Part shown: positions 40,195-50,381 of the stretch, piece by piece
How positions within the stretch are numbered: position 1 is the stretch's first letter
Layout of the letters: the number at the start of each line of letters is the position of its first letter
Assembly (NCBI GenBank): GCA_963763775.1
Contig: CAVXPZ010000001.1
Span: 1,216,001 to 1,280,000, forward strand
DNA length: 64,000 bases
DNA from: an uncultured Chloroflexia bacterium
GTDB taxonomy: Bacteria > Chloroflexota > Limnocylindria > Limnocylindrales > CSP1-4
Direction: 5' to 3'
Notes under the pieces: model-generated
The model's database searches: none
What the model was told of the DNA's origin: nothing
The model's input: the letters and a program-made list of their open reading frames with translations, nothing else
Program-made: the position numbers and the translations under genes

Positions 40195-41675
40195 GCGGCG
40201 CTGAGGAGGACCAGGGCCTGGTCGAGCCGGGCCAGGACGCGATCCCGCCCGAGCGCCACGAGCGTGTCGAAGAGCGGCGGCGTGGCGGTCCGACCGGTGA
40301 CCGCGACCCGGATCGCCATGAACAGGTCGCCGGCCTTCCAGCCGCGGGCCTCGGCGAGCGCCCGGAGCGGCGGCTCGAGCTCGTCCGCCTCGAACGCGAC
40401 GGGGTCCGACTCGGCGATGACCTCGCGGGCCGCAGCCAGCCCCTCGCGGGTCGTCGCCGCGTCCCAGCGCTTCGGGACGAGGGTCGTCGCGTCGAGGCTC
40501 AGGTCCTTGACCCAGAGGAAGCCGACGAGATCGCCGATCGCCCCCAGGGTCGGGATGCGCTCCTGGACGATCGGCAGCAGCGCCCGCAACTCGTCGTCCT
40601 CGGGCATCCAGTCGATCCGGCCGGCCATGAGTTCGGCTTCCACGAACGGCCGAAGCCGGTCGATGAGGTCGTCCGGCTCGAGGCGTCGGATCCACTGCCC
40701 GTTCAGCCACTCGAGCCGCTCGCGGTCGAAGACGGCGCCGCCCTTGTGCACGGCATGGATGTCGAACCGCTCGACGATCTCGTCGAGCGACAGGACCTCC
40801 TCCTCGCTCCCGGTGGCCCAGCCCAGCAGCGCGAGATAGTTGACGATCGCCTCGCGGATGAAGCCCTGCGCGATGTAGTCGCCGACCGCGGTCTGGCTCT
40901 TGCGCTTGCTCATCTTCGATCGATCCGGGTTGAGGATCAGCGGGAGGTGCGCGAAGACCGGCACAGGATGACCGAGCGCGCGGAACAGCAGGATGTGCTT
41001 GGGCGTGTTCGAGAGATGGTCCTCGCCGCGGATCACGTGCGTGATCGCCATCGCCGCATCGTCGACGACCACGGTGAAGTGGTAGAGCGGGTTGCCGTCG
41101 GCGCGGACGATCACGAAGTCACCGCCGAGGTTCGAGACGTCGATCTCGACGTGACCGCGAACGATGTCGTCGAACGCGACGACGCCCTCCCCGACGCGGA
41201 AGCGCAGGGCGCCGCGGCGGCCCTCGGCCTCGCGAGCGACGCGGTCCGCCGAGGTGAGCGTGGCGCATCGCCCGACGTACTTGGGCGGCAGCTTCGCGGC
41301 CTCCTGGGCCTTCCGGTCGGCCTCGAGCTCCTCCGGCAGGCAGTAGCAGGGATAGGCGCGGTCCTCGGCGAGCAGCTGGATGGCGGCCTCGGCGTAGCTC
41401 GGGAGCCGCTGCATCTGCCGATACGGCGCGTACGGCCCGCGGGCCGCCTCACCGGCGACCTCCGGGCCCTCGTCCCAGTGCAGGCCGAGCCAGTGGAGCC
41501 CGTCGAGGATGTCCTTCTCGAACGCGATCGTGCTGCGGACCTGGTCCGTGTCCTCCAGCCGCAGGATGAACGTGCCGCCGACGTGCCGGGCGTGCAGGTA
41601 GTTGAACAGCGCCGTGCGCGCCGTGCCGATATGGAGCGGCCCGGTCGGGCTGGGGGCGATCCGGACGCGGTCCAC
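40191..41675 (-). CDS. gltX: glutamate--tRNA ligase
   Basis: RIAPSPTG.LHIG, LRLEDTD, ITHVIRGEDH, KMSKR, anticodon-binding C-terminus. Confidence 0.97.
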   Translation of the reverse strand: MDRVRIAPSPTGPLHIGTARTALFNYLHARHVGGTFILRLEDTDQVRSTIAFEKDILDGLHWLGLHWDEGPEVAGEAARGPYAPYRQMQRLPSYAEAAIQLLAEDRAYPCYCLPEELEADRKAQEAAKLPPKYVGRCATLTSADRVAREAEGRRGALRFRVGEGVVAFDDIVRGHVEIDVSNLGGDFVIVRADGNPLYHFTVVVDDAAMAITHVIRGEDHLSNTPKHILLFRALGHPVPVFAHLPLILNPDRSKMSKRKSQTAVGDYIAQGFIREAIVNYLALLGWATGSEEEVLSLDEIVERFDIHAVHKGGAVFDRERLEWLNGQWIRRLEPDDLIDRLRPFVEAELMAGRIDWMPEDDELRALLPIVQERIPTLGAIGDLVGFLWVKDLSLDATTLVPKRWDAATTREGLAAAREVIAESDPVAFEADELEPPLRALAEARGWKAGDLFMAIRVAVTGRTATPPLFDTLVALGRDRVLARLDQALVLLSAA

Positions 41676-41683
41676 GGCCGGTG

Positions 41684-42421
41684 TCAGCGCCCCGCGGACG
41701 AGGGGACGGTGTGGAACAGCGCGGGGTCCGCCTCGCCGGGGAGGACCCGCACGAGCGCCGCCGGCCGCAGGCCCAGCGTCGCCCGGCCGCGCGGACCGTC
41801 GAGCGTCAGCGAGTCGAGCGACTCCGAGCGCGCCAGGATCGTGATGTGGGCACCGGGCATCAGCGCGCGGGCCTCGAGGTACGACAGCAGGCCCGGGTCC
41901 TCCTCGGCCTCCTCGGTGATGCGATACACGGTTGCCTTCTCCCCGGCGCCGACCTCGCTCAGACGGATCCCGGCGGGGCGTCGCTTGGCGGTCTCGGCAT
42001 CGATCGGGTTGCCGTGCGGGCAGGTCTCCGGATGGCCGAGCATCTCGTCGAGCCGCGCTTCGACCCGCGGGGAGATGGCGCCCTGGAGCCGCATCGCCTC
42101 GTCGTCGGACTCCGCCCATCCGAGGCCGATGACGGTCGTGAGGAGCCATTCGAGCAGGGCGTGCCGCCGGAAGATCCCGTCAGCCGCCGTCCGGCCCGCG
42201 GCGGTCAGGTGCAGCTCGCGCCCGTCGGCGTGGGCCACGAGGCCGTCCGCGACGAGGCGCCGGAACATCTCGCTCGCGGCCTGGGTGGTCACACCGAGGT
42301 GTCGCGCGATCTGGGCGGCCGTCACGCGGCCGGCCTCGGCCGAACCGGCCATCACGCGCAGTGCGAGCAGGTATTGCTGTGCGGCCGCGGACAGATCGTG
42401 CGGGTCGTGGCGGGGTGGCAT
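41684..42421 (-). CDS. DtxR/MntR metal-dependent repressor with FeoA domain
   Basis: QYLLAL, IARHLGVT..AASEM, RRHALLEWLL, LGHPETCPHGNPI. Confidence 0.92.
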   Translation of the reverse strand: MPPRHDPHDLSAAAQQYLLALRVMAGSAEAGRVTAAQIARHLGVTTQAASEMFRRLVADGLVAHADGRELHLTAAGRTAADGIFRRHALLEWLLTTVIGLGWAESDDEAMRLQGAISPRVEARLDEMLGHPETCPHGNPIDAETAKRRPAGIRLSEVGAGEKATVYRITEEAEEDPGLLSYLEARALMPGAHITILARSESLDSLTLDGPRGRATLGLRPAALVRVLPGEADPALFHTVPSSAGR

Positions 42422-42425
42422 GGCT

Positions 42426-43852
42426 TCAGGATACGGGACCGCCGGGGCCGACCGGCGACGCCCTGACTCGAAGGCGTCGTGCGACCCCGACCGCGAGGCC
42501 GCCCAGCCAGGCCGCGAGCAGGACCAGGCCGAGGGCCAGGCTGCGATCCGGTGGCGGCTCGCCGCCGTTCGTGGCCGAGAGGATGGCCGCCGCCGGGACG
42601 GCGACGATGGCGACACCGATGGCCGCCGCGGCGGCCAGGGCGGCGAGCCGAGGGACCAGCAGCAGGACCCCGAGCGCGACGAGGGAGAGCACCGGTCCGA
42701 GCAGCGGGTCGGCGCCGTCACAGCTCGCCGAGGCGCGGCCGCACCCGGTGAGCTCGCCGGCGAACCAGCCGAGCCCGACCGCGATCGGCAACCACCCGAC
42801 GATCGCCTGGGCGACGCGCCATCGGCCGCGGGCCGACCGTTCGTCGGTCAGGGCCCGCCCCAGGTCCGTGGCGGCGGCGCCGATGTCGGGCGCCGGCGGG
42901 GGTGGTGGCGGCGGCGCGGCCGTCCACGAGGCGCCGGGCCGTGGCGACGCGCCTGGTCGTGGCTCGACGCCGGGATCGCGCCTGGCGGTCTCCGGCTCCG
43001 GGCCGTCCCCGGCGGCATCCCACCACGACGTCGTCGTGTGGATCGGCTCTGGTCTCGGGCCGGCCGACGGTTCCGACGCGCCACCCGTGGCCGCCTCGGC
43101 GGCCGGAGCAGCCGGCTCGGCGGCCGGCTCGGTGCCGACATCGCCATCGAGTCCGATGTCGACCGGTCCGCCGGGTCGCGCCTGGTCGTCGGCCTCGGCA
43201 CCAGCCCGCCCGCGAGCCGCCCGCCGCGCCCGGGCCTGGTATTCCGGGCCGTGCTTTCGCGGGTCCGCGTACTCCTTCGGGTTGATCGTCCAGTACGTGC
43301 CGCTCGTCGTCCCGTACCAGCTGGCGCCGCTCCAGTCGGGCTCGAACGGCGTGGCGTCGGCGCCGTCGTAGGACGTCGAGCCCAAGGTGGCCTTGCCGCG
43401 CTTTCGCGGCTCCCCGCCGGCACCACGGGTCCCGCCCCCTGCCGACGAGGAACCGGCTCCGGAGGTCGCCCCGCCCGAGGGACCTGCCCGGCCCTGCCCG
43501 AAGGCCCCGCGCCCGACGCGCCTTTGGCCCGCGTGCGGCCATCAGCGCTTTGGCCCGATCCGGCGGGTCGCGTCCGGCGAGCCCGGCCGCCATACGCCCG
43601 ATGCGTCGCATCGGCCCGTGTCGGATCGGCCGCCGAGGCGCGGGACGCGGGGGGTCGGGTCGCGGCCGTGCCCTTGCCGTCGATCAACTGCTCATAGGCG
43701 GCCTGGATCGCGAGGAACCGCGGGAGCGCGGCGGGGCCAGCGGCGTCGGGGTGGTTCTCCTTGGCCAGCCGCCGGTAGGCCGCCTTGACCTCGGCCATCG
43801 AGGCGCCGCGAGGCAATCCCAGCGTGCGATACGGGTCGGCGGCGGGCGACAT
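42426..43852 (-). CDS. J-domain membrane protein; frameshift(s) within the linker ~43.4-43.6 kb
   Basis: DPYRTLGL...VKAAYRRLAKENHPD...IQAAYE; WSGASWYGTTSGTYWTINPKEYADPRKHG block; C-terminal TM segments. Confidence 0.75.
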
Positions 43853-43951
43853 CAGCGGGTTCGGTGCTCCGGATCGGTCGGGCCTGGTCAGGCCCGGGAG
43901 ACGCCCGGGCGGGCCCTGGGCATGGTCGGCGTCAGCCGGCGAGCCCGGATC

Positions 43952-45094
43952 TCAGCCGATGAGCTCGCCCACGGGCGCCAGCTCGAACTCTGCCACGGCC
44001 TCGGCTCCGATGCGTCCGTGCGGGTCGAGCGACGCGGGCCGGTGGTACCGGGCGAGCGCACGCATCGCCCCGCCGTCGAGGACGCCCGCCTGGCGGAGCG
44101 CCTCCACCGACGCGGCCCACGTGCCGCGATCGTAGCCGTCGCCGTCCTCGATCTTGATGGCCAACCCGGATGGCGCCGTACTCGCCGAGCCGTCGCGCGG
44201 GCCGGCCAGGATGGCGATGGCCCGCAGCGCTTCCATCCCGGCCTTGCTGATCAGGCGTCCCGGGGCGGCCTTCATGACCGACGTGTCCAGGCGATCGTGG
44301 CGACCGCCGATCATCTCCGGCTCGGCGAGCATCGCGTCGCGCATGATCAGGAGCGACGGCGCCAGCTCACTGCGCGGGTCCCGATGCGGGATGCCGTCCG
44401 GGTCGGCGAGCATCGCGTACGCCCTGGCGACGTCTCGGAGCGCGAAGGCGTACGTCTCCACGCCGCACCCATCGATGGCGGTCTGCAGTCGGTCGGGCGT
44501 GGTCCCGTAGGCCCGGGCCACGGCCGATCGGTACGCCACCTGGGACGGATGGCTCGGCTTCCAGTAGTCGACCGGATCCCAGCCCTTGAGCTTCGAGAGC
44601 AACAGCGAGACGGCGTGCTGGCCGGAGCACATATGCCGGATCGGCCCGGCCTTCTCGCCGTCGCGGGCGAGCCGTGCGGCGGTCAGGGCGTCCAGCGGCA
44701 TCCCCTCCGCGCCGCAGGCCAGATGGGCCTGGCTGACCCCCGCTCGGCGGAACATGCTCTGGAGCGTCCGGACGTGGACGTCCTCGCCGGAATGCGAACT
44801 CCCGAGGATCGCGATCTCGTCGCGCTGGAGGTCGAACGCTTCGATGCCGCCGGCCTCGATGAGCGCCACCGCCCCGAACGGCTTCACGGTGGATCGCAGG
44901 GTCACCAGCCGGTCCGGGTCGCCCAGGACGCGGATGAGCTCGCCGGAGGCGTCGGACTCGACGATGTCGCCGCGGTGGACGCTCTCCTCGATGCCGTTGC
45001 GGATCTGTCGGACGAGGATCGGGGTGGTCGCGCTGCGGCGGCCCGCGGCGCGGGCCGTGGGGCGACGAGGACGCGGAGCCGCGGGGGCGGTCAC
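43952..45094 (-). CDS. asparaginase II (Rhizobium AnsA-type) family protein
   Basis: ESVHRG, RSTVKP, SHSGE..H, HMCSGQH, IDGCG, KAGMEA, KIEDG. Confidence 0.85.
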   Translation of the reverse strand: MTAPAAPRPRRPTARAAGRRSATTPILVRQIRNGIEESVHRGDIVESDASGELIRVLGDPDRLVTLRSTVKPFGAVALIEAGGIEAFDLQRDEIAILGSSHSGEDVHVRTLQSMFRRAGVSQAHLACGAEGMPLDALTAARLARDGEKAGPIRHMCSGQHAVSLLLSKLKGWDPVDYWKPSHPSQVAYRSAVARAYGTTPDRLQTAIDGCGVETYAFALRDVARAYAMLADPDGIPHRDPRSELAPSLLIMRDAMLAEPEMIGGRHDRLDTSVMKAAPGRLISKAGMEALRAIAILAGPRDGSASTAPSGLAIKIEDGDGYDRGTWAASVEALRQAGVLDGGAMRALARYHRPASLDPHGRIGAEAVAEFELAPVGELIG

Positions 45095-45248
45095 GATTCG
45101 AGCGGTCTCCGGGTTGTTCGGTCGGGCACGAGGAACGCGAGGATACCGCGGCGGGGAGCGCCGTGCGTCAGTACGATGTTCGACGACGCCGCCCCCGATG
45201 GGACCGGTCGCGTCCGCTCCCGATGGAACCCGCTCGCTGGAGGCCTCC

Positions 45249-45887
45249 GTGCCCACACCGACCCTCCATGTCTCGCAGCATCCGGCGGTCCTCCACAAGC
45301 TGGCCATCCTCCGCGACGAGAAGACCGAGCCCAAGAAGTTCCGCGAGATCGTCCGCGAGCTGTCATGGCTTCTCGGCTACGAGGCCCTCGCCGATGTCGG
45401 CGTCAGGCCGATCGAGATCCGGACGCCGATGGAGCCGATGACCGCCCACGAACTGGCGGAGCGGGTCGGGTTCGTGCCGATCCTCCGGGCGGGCCTGGGG
45501 ATGGTCGACGCGATGCTCGAGTTGATGCCGACCGCGCAGGTCTGGCATCTGGGCCTGTTCCGGGACGAGCGGACGCTGCGGCCGGTCGAGTACTACAACA
45601 AGCTCCCCGACTCCGCCTCGGTGGACCTGTGCCTGATCCTCGACCCGATGCTCGCCACCGGCGGTTCGGCGACGGCGGCCATCGAGGTGCTCAAGAAGTG
45701 GGGCGCGGTCCGGATCAAGCTCGTGAACCTCATCGCCGCCCCGGAAGGCGTCGAGGCCGTGGCGTCGGCCCATCCCGACGTCGACATCCACTGCGCCGCG
45801 CTGGACCGCGGGCTCAACGAGCGCGGGTACATCCAGCCGGGCCTCGGTGACGCCGGCGATCGGCAATTCGGCACCGGCAACGTCTAG
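45249..45887 (+). CDS. upp: uracil phosphoribosyltransferase
   Basis: PILRAGLGM, LDPMLATGGS, GYIQPGLGDAGDR. Confidence 0.97.
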   Translation: MPTPTLHVSQHPAVLHKLAILRDEKTEPKKFREIVRELSWLLGYEALADVGVRPIEIRTPMEPMTAHELAERVGFVPILRAGLGMVDAMLELMPTAQVWHLGLFRDERTLRPVEYYNKLPDSASVDLCLILDPMLATGGSATAAIEVLKKWGAVRIKLVNLIAAPEGVEAVASAHPDVDIHCAALDRGLNERGYIQPGLGDAGDRQFGTGNV

Positions 45888-45912
45888 GGCCGACAGGCCC
45901 GAGAGACGAACA

Positions 45913-45942
45913 AGGACGCCGGACCGTGTGGCCCGGCGTCCT
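45913..45942 (-). terminator. intrinsic terminator-like hairpin between convergent genes
   Basis: AGGACGCCGG-N10-CCGGCGTCCT followed by TGTTCGTCTCTC on -. Confidence 0.6.
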
Positions 45943-45977
45943 CGAAGTCCGTTGATGGCTCCCCGATGGAGCCGGGT

Positions 45978-46595
45978 TCAGCCGGCGGCTGGAGCCGCAG
46001 CGTCCGCGGCGGCCGCGGCGGCCTTGATCTCGCCGGCGGTCGCCTCGTCGACCGGGACGGTCTTGACCTCCTCGGCGGCCGGCATCTTCAGGCGGACGTC
46101 CTCGACCTGCGTCGCGGAGACGAGGCACAGGATGCCCGACGTGCCCGGGGTGATGACGTCGGCGAGTTCCTTCTCGGCCTCGACCCGGTGGTACAGGTTG
46201 CGCGCCTTGCCGGCGGCGGCCCCGGCGACGCCGAGCGTGACGGCGCCTGCGACGATCGTCGCCGGCAGGAAGACCCCCGCCACGACACCGCCGACGATGC
46301 CCCACTTGAGGCCCTTGCGGGTGCTGTGCTCGGTCATCTTCTGGATGTGGATCTTGCCGTCCGCGTCACCCTTGGCCACGAGCACGGCGTCGATGTGGAG
46401 CGAGCCGTCGATCTCGGAGGCCAGCAGGTCGTCGTAGATCGCGATCGCGGACTGCTCGTCGGCGAAGCGCGCGACGATCAGGGCATGGTCACCGTCGGTG
46501 GCGACAAGACCCTGGGCGACGACACCCTTGTCGTCCGATACCTCGGCCGCGACGACCACGACATCGTCAGCGGGCGGCGTGTTCTCGTCGGTCAT
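45978..46595 (-). CDS. DUF1269-like membrane-associated protein
   Basis: DAVLVAKGDADGKIHI, GLKWGIVGGVVAG glycine zipper, PGTSGI. Confidence 0.7.
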   Translation of the reverse strand: MTDENTPPADDVVVVAAEVSDDKGVVAQGLVATDGDHALIVARFADEQSAIAIYDDLLASEIDGSLHIDAVLVAKGDADGKIHIQKMTEHSTRKGLKWGIVGGVVAGVFLPATIVAGAVTLGVAGAAAGKARNLYHRVEAEKELADVITPGTSGILCLVSATQVEDVRLKMPAAEEVKTVPVDEATAGEIKAAAAAADAAAPAAG

Positions 46596-46618
46596 CGTGA
46601 GATCCCCCTTCTCTTGGT

Positions 46619-47026
46619 TCAGGCGGCCGCAGACGGCTCATCCATGGCGAACGCGGCCTTCACTTCGCTCGTGCTGAGGTACCACAGGATCAGGGCCGGC
46701 ATGATCGCCATCCCGAGCCCGACACCCGTCCCCGGATACTGGAAGAACGCCAGGACGGCTTCGAACAGGCCGAACCCCGCCATGAACATGGCGAAGAACC
46801 GGGCCCACGGCTGGAGCGTCCAGAGACCGAGCGCGGCCAGGAGCCAGATGATCCCGGTCGCGACCGCGAGCCAGCCCCACAGACCGACGTGGTCGAAGGC
46901 CGGGAGGTCGCCGAGCACGCCGAACCAGTCGAAGCCGATGACGCGCAGGCCGAAGAACAGGAAGCCGAAGCCGGCGAGGGCCGCGAAGAAGCCGATGATC
47001 GAGATCAGGATGGGCGGGTTCTTCAT
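46619..47026 (-). CDS. small four-TM membrane protein
   Basis: Hydrophobic; GLWTLQPWAR, LWYLSTSEVKAAF. Confidence 0.75.
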   Translation of the reverse strand: MKNPPILISIIGFFAALAGFGFLFFGLRVIGFDWFGVLGDLPAFDHVGLWGWLAVATGIIWLLAALGLWTLQPWARFFAMFMAGFGLFEAVLAFFQYPGTGVGLGMAIMPALILWYLSTSEVKAAFAMDEPSAAA

Positions 47027-47137
47027 CTGGTGACTCCCTCTCTGTGCATCCCGGGCGGCGCCGAGGCCCGTTCGATGGCGCCGACTGCCACCATCATCTC
47101 AGACTGCGGCAACGTCGTGGCATGCCGGAGTCGCGGT

Positions 47138-48289
47138 CTAGCCGAGGACCGCCCGCAGGGCCCCGTCGAGGTCGGCCCAGAGGTCCTCGACGTTCTCGAT
47201 GCCGACCGACAGGCGACAGAGCGTCGGGCCGACGATGGCGGCGTCGCCGGCGTACCGCGCCCGACGCTCGATCAACGACTCGACGCCGCCCAGGCTCGTC
47301 GCATGGGTGACCAGCCGCAGCCGCGCCAGGACCGCCTCGGTCTGGTCCACGGTGCCGGCGACCTCGAAGGACAGCATCGAGCCCGAGCCGTCCGGCAGGA
47401 CGCGGGAGGCGCGCTCGTGCTGCGCGTCCTCGGGCAAGCCCGGGTAGTTGACGGCCGCGACATGCGGATGCGACGACAGGCGACCGGCCAGCTCGACCGC
47501 CGACGCTTCGGCCCGGTCGAGCCGCACGGCGAGCGTCCGGAGGCCGCGCAGGGCGAGGAACGCCTCGAGCCCGCCGGGGATGGCGCCATGGTCGTGACGG
47601 TGGGTCGTCAGGAAGTCGGCATGCGCCGGGTCCCGACACACCACCGCGCCCAGCAACAGGTCGGAGTGGCCGGCGATGAGCTTCGTGGCGGAGTGCATGA
47701 CGATATCGGCGCCGAGGCCGAGCGGGCGCTGGCGGAGCGGCGTCGCGAACGTCGCATCGACGACCGTGATGGCGCCATGCATACGCGCTCCCGCGGCGAT
47801 CGCGGGGACGTCGGCCACCACCATGAGCGGGTTGGCGATCGACTCCACCCACACCATGTCGGCCCCATCGGCCGCGGCGAGGACCGCGGCCGTGTCGTCC
47901 GCCGGGGTCATCCGAAGGTGCAGGCGGCCGCGGGCCTCCAACCGCTCGAAGATGTTCCGGACACCGAAGTAGGTCACCGTCGACAGCACGACCGTCCCGC
48001 CGACCGGCACGAGATCGGCGATCGCGGTGGTCGCGGCGAGGCCCGACGCGAAGGTCACGGCCCTGCCGCCGTCGAGGGCGCCGAGCGCCGCCTCGAGCGC
48101 GACCCACCCGGCGTTGCCGTCCCGGCCGTACTCGATGGTGGCGTCGTGGACGTACGTGGAGCTCAGCGTGATCGGCGCGTTCATCGGGGCACCGGGCTCG
48201 CGTGCGGGCCGGCCCGCCTGCACCGCGACGGTGTCGGCCGTCCACGCGGGATCCAGGGTCAGGGGCGCGTCGTGCGGCGCGTCGGGCAT
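47138..48289 (-). CDS. Cys/Met metabolism PLP enzyme (cystathionine gamma-synthase/lyase family)
   Basis: YGRDGN, FASGLAA, ESIANP, DATFATP, HSATKLIAGHSD, SLGGVESL, RLSVGIE. Confidence 0.92.
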   Translation of the reverse strand: MPDAPHDAPLTLDPAWTADTVAVQAGRPAREPGAPMNAPITLSSTYVHDATIEYGRDGNAGWVALEAALGALDGGRAVTFASGLAATTAIADLVPVGGTVVLSTVTYFGVRNIFERLEARGRLHLRMTPADDTAAVLAAADGADMVWVESIANPLMVVADVPAIAAGARMHGAITVVDATFATPLRQRPLGLGADIVMHSATKLIAGHSDLLLGAVVCRDPAHADFLTTHRHDHGAIPGGLEAFLALRGLRTLAVRLDRAEASAVELAGRLSSHPHVAAVNYPGLPEDAQHERASRVLPDGSGSMLSFEVAGTVDQTEAVLARLRLVTHATSLGGVESLIERRARYAGDAAIVGPTLCRLSVGIENVEDLWADLDGALRAVLG

Positions 48290-48358
48290 GGACTCGGCCT
48301 CCTTGGTGCGTCGGGTGCGCCGATAGAGTGCACCACGGCGCGCGCTGGTTTCCAGGGG

Positions 48359-48417
48359 TTGACAACCGCCCGTTCACGTGTACAGTACCGATAGGTTATA
48401 TAACCACTAGGTACTGT
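48359..48417 (+). promoter_or_regulatory. sigma70 promoter with a 36-bp operator palindrome
   Basis: TTGACA (48359), 16 bp, TACAGT (48381); ACAGTACC-GATA-GGTTATATAACC-ACTA-GGTACTGT (48382-48417). Confidence 0.8.
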
Positions 48418-48419
48418 GT

Positions 48420-48804
48420 ATGCAGCCAGCCGATCCGCTCAGCACGACGTTCGCGGCCCTTGCCGACCCGACCCGTCGGGCGATCCTCGCCCGGCTCGCC
48501 GGCGGCGAGGCCTCGGTCACGGAGCTCGCCGCGCCGTTCGACATGACCCAGCCCGCCATCTCCAAGCATCTGCGGGTGCTCGAGCGGGCCGGGCTCATCG
48601 AACAGGGCCGACAGGCGCAGTGGCGGCCCCGACGGCTGCAGGGCCGGCCCGCTGCGCGACATCGCCGACTGGGTGGAGCAATACCGCCGACATTGGGACG
48701 AGAGCTTCGAACGCCTGGACGTGTATCTCCGCGAGGTCCAGGCGGCCGAGCACCAGGAAGGGACAGGAGACCGAGATGACGATGACGCGGGTCGACCGCG
48801 GTAG
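48420..48804 (+). CDS. ArsR-family regulator (SRPBCC-associated); frameshift ~48645
   Basis: FAALADPTRRAIL, TQPAISKHLRVLERAGLI, then LRDIADWVEQYRRHWDESFERLD in the shifted frame. Confidence 0.88.
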
Positions 48805-49277
48805 CACCGCGACGACGACGATCTACTCCGAGGGCGGCGACCTCGTATTCGAGCGCACCTTCGACGCCCCGCGCGAGCGGGTCTGGCAGGCCTTCACCGA
48901 CCCGACGCAGGTCCCCCGCTGGTGGGGCCCGCATGGGACGACGACGGTCGTGGCCGAGATGGACGTCCGGCCCGGCGGCACGTGGCGCTACGTGAGTCGC
49001 GCCCCCGACCGCGACGATGTCGAGTTCTACGGGGAGTACCTCTCGATCGACCCGCCTGCGGCGGTTCGAGTGGACGTTCCTCTTCGACGTCCCGGGGATC
49101 GGCCCGCAGGGCGGCCCCGAGACGCACACGTTCGAGGACGTCGATGGCAAGACGCTCGTGCGGTCGGTCTCCCACTTCGGGTCTCCCGACGTCATCGACG
49201 GCGCTCTGGCGACCGGCATGACCAAGGGCGCGATCGAGACGTGGGACCGGCTCGAGGCGATGCTCGCCGACGGTTGA
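48776..49277 (+). CDS. SRPBCC/AHSA1 domain protein; frameshift ~49060
   Basis: ERTFDAPRERVWQAFTDP..WWGP, MDVRPGG.WRY, GM..GA.ETWDRL. Confidence 0.88.
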
Positions 49278-49365
49278 TGGAGTGCCGCTGACGGGCCGAC
49301 GAACGCCGGGTGTCCACCGACGTGGCGCCCGGCGTCGGCATGTCCGGGCCGCGGGGGCGGCGGCG

Positions 49366-50325
49366 TCAGGTCGGTCGGTGCACCAGGTCCTGGGCGGCGC
49401 GGACGACCTCCGCCGAGGCGTGCAGCGCCGCGGACTCCGCCGCCGAGAGCGGGAGTCGCAGGATCCCCTGGACGCCACCGGCGCCGATGACCGACGGCAG
49501 GCTGACCGAGACGTCGCCGAGGCCGTAGGCCTCGCCGCCGAGCACGCTCGAGACCGACAGCACCGTGCGCTGGTCGCGGACGATGGCCTCGACGATCCGG
49601 ACGAGCGCCGCCGCCACGGCGTAGTAGGTGGCGCCCTTGCGCTCGATGATCGCGTAGGCCGCGTCCCGCGTCCCGGTGAAGATCCGCTCCCGCTCCTCCG
49701 GACCGAAGGGCACGCCCCGGGCCGCGGCGAGGTCGTCGAGCGGGACGCCGGCGACGTTCGCCGTCGACCACACCGGGACCTCCGAGTCGCCGTGCTCGCC
49801 CACGATGAACGCGTGCACGCTGCGCGGGTCCACGCCGAAGTGGTCGCCCAACGCCGCGCGGAACCGCCCCGTGTCGAGCGTGGTCCCGGACCCGATGACT
49901 CGCTCCGGCGGGAGTCCCGCGATCCGCCACGTCTCGTGCGTGAGGACGTCGACCGGGTTCGTCGTGACGAGGATGATGCCGTCGGGGTTCGCGTGCGCGA
50001 TCCTCGGGATGATCTCGCCGAAGATCGCGGCGTTGCGCCGGACGAGGTCCATCCGCGTCTCCCCCGGGCGCTGCGCGGTCCCGGCGGCGACGATCGTGAT
50101 CTGCGCACCGAGACAGTCGCCGTAGTCGCCGGCCCAGACGTGCGTCGGGCGCGAGAACGGCACCGCGTGGGCGAGGTCCATGGCCTCGCCTTCGGCCCGT
50201 TTCGTGTTCGCGTCGATCAGGACGATCTCGGCGGCGAGCCCGGACAGGAGCAGGGCGTACGCCGCGGTCGCACCGACGTTGCCGGCGCCGACGATCGCGA
50301 CCTTGGTGGGGCGTCGGGTGACCAT
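49366..50325 (-). CDS. ldh: L-lactate dehydrogenase
   Basis: VGAGNVG, AQRPGETRMDL, TNPVD, GSGTTLDTGR, GEHGDS, KGATYY. Confidence 0.95.
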   Translation of the reverse strand: MVTRRPTKVAIVGAGNVGATAAYALLLSGLAAEIVLIDANTKRAEGEAMDLAHAVPFSRPTHVWAGDYGDCLGAQITIVAAGTAQRPGETRMDLVRRNAAIFGEIIPRIAHANPDGIILVTTNPVDVLTHETWRIAGLPPERVIGSGTTLDTGRFRAALGDHFGVDPRSVHAFIVGEHGDSEVPVWSTANVAGVPLDDLAAARGVPFGPEERERIFTGTRDAAYAIIERKGATYYAVAAALVRIVEAIVRDQRTVLSVSSVLGGEAYGLGDVSVSLPSVIGAGGVQGILRLPLSAAESAALHASAEVVRAAQDLVHRPT

Positions 50326-50381
50326 CCCGGGAGTCTAGCGGCGAGCGCGGGCCGCGGTCAGCGACGGCTTGCCTCACCGCC

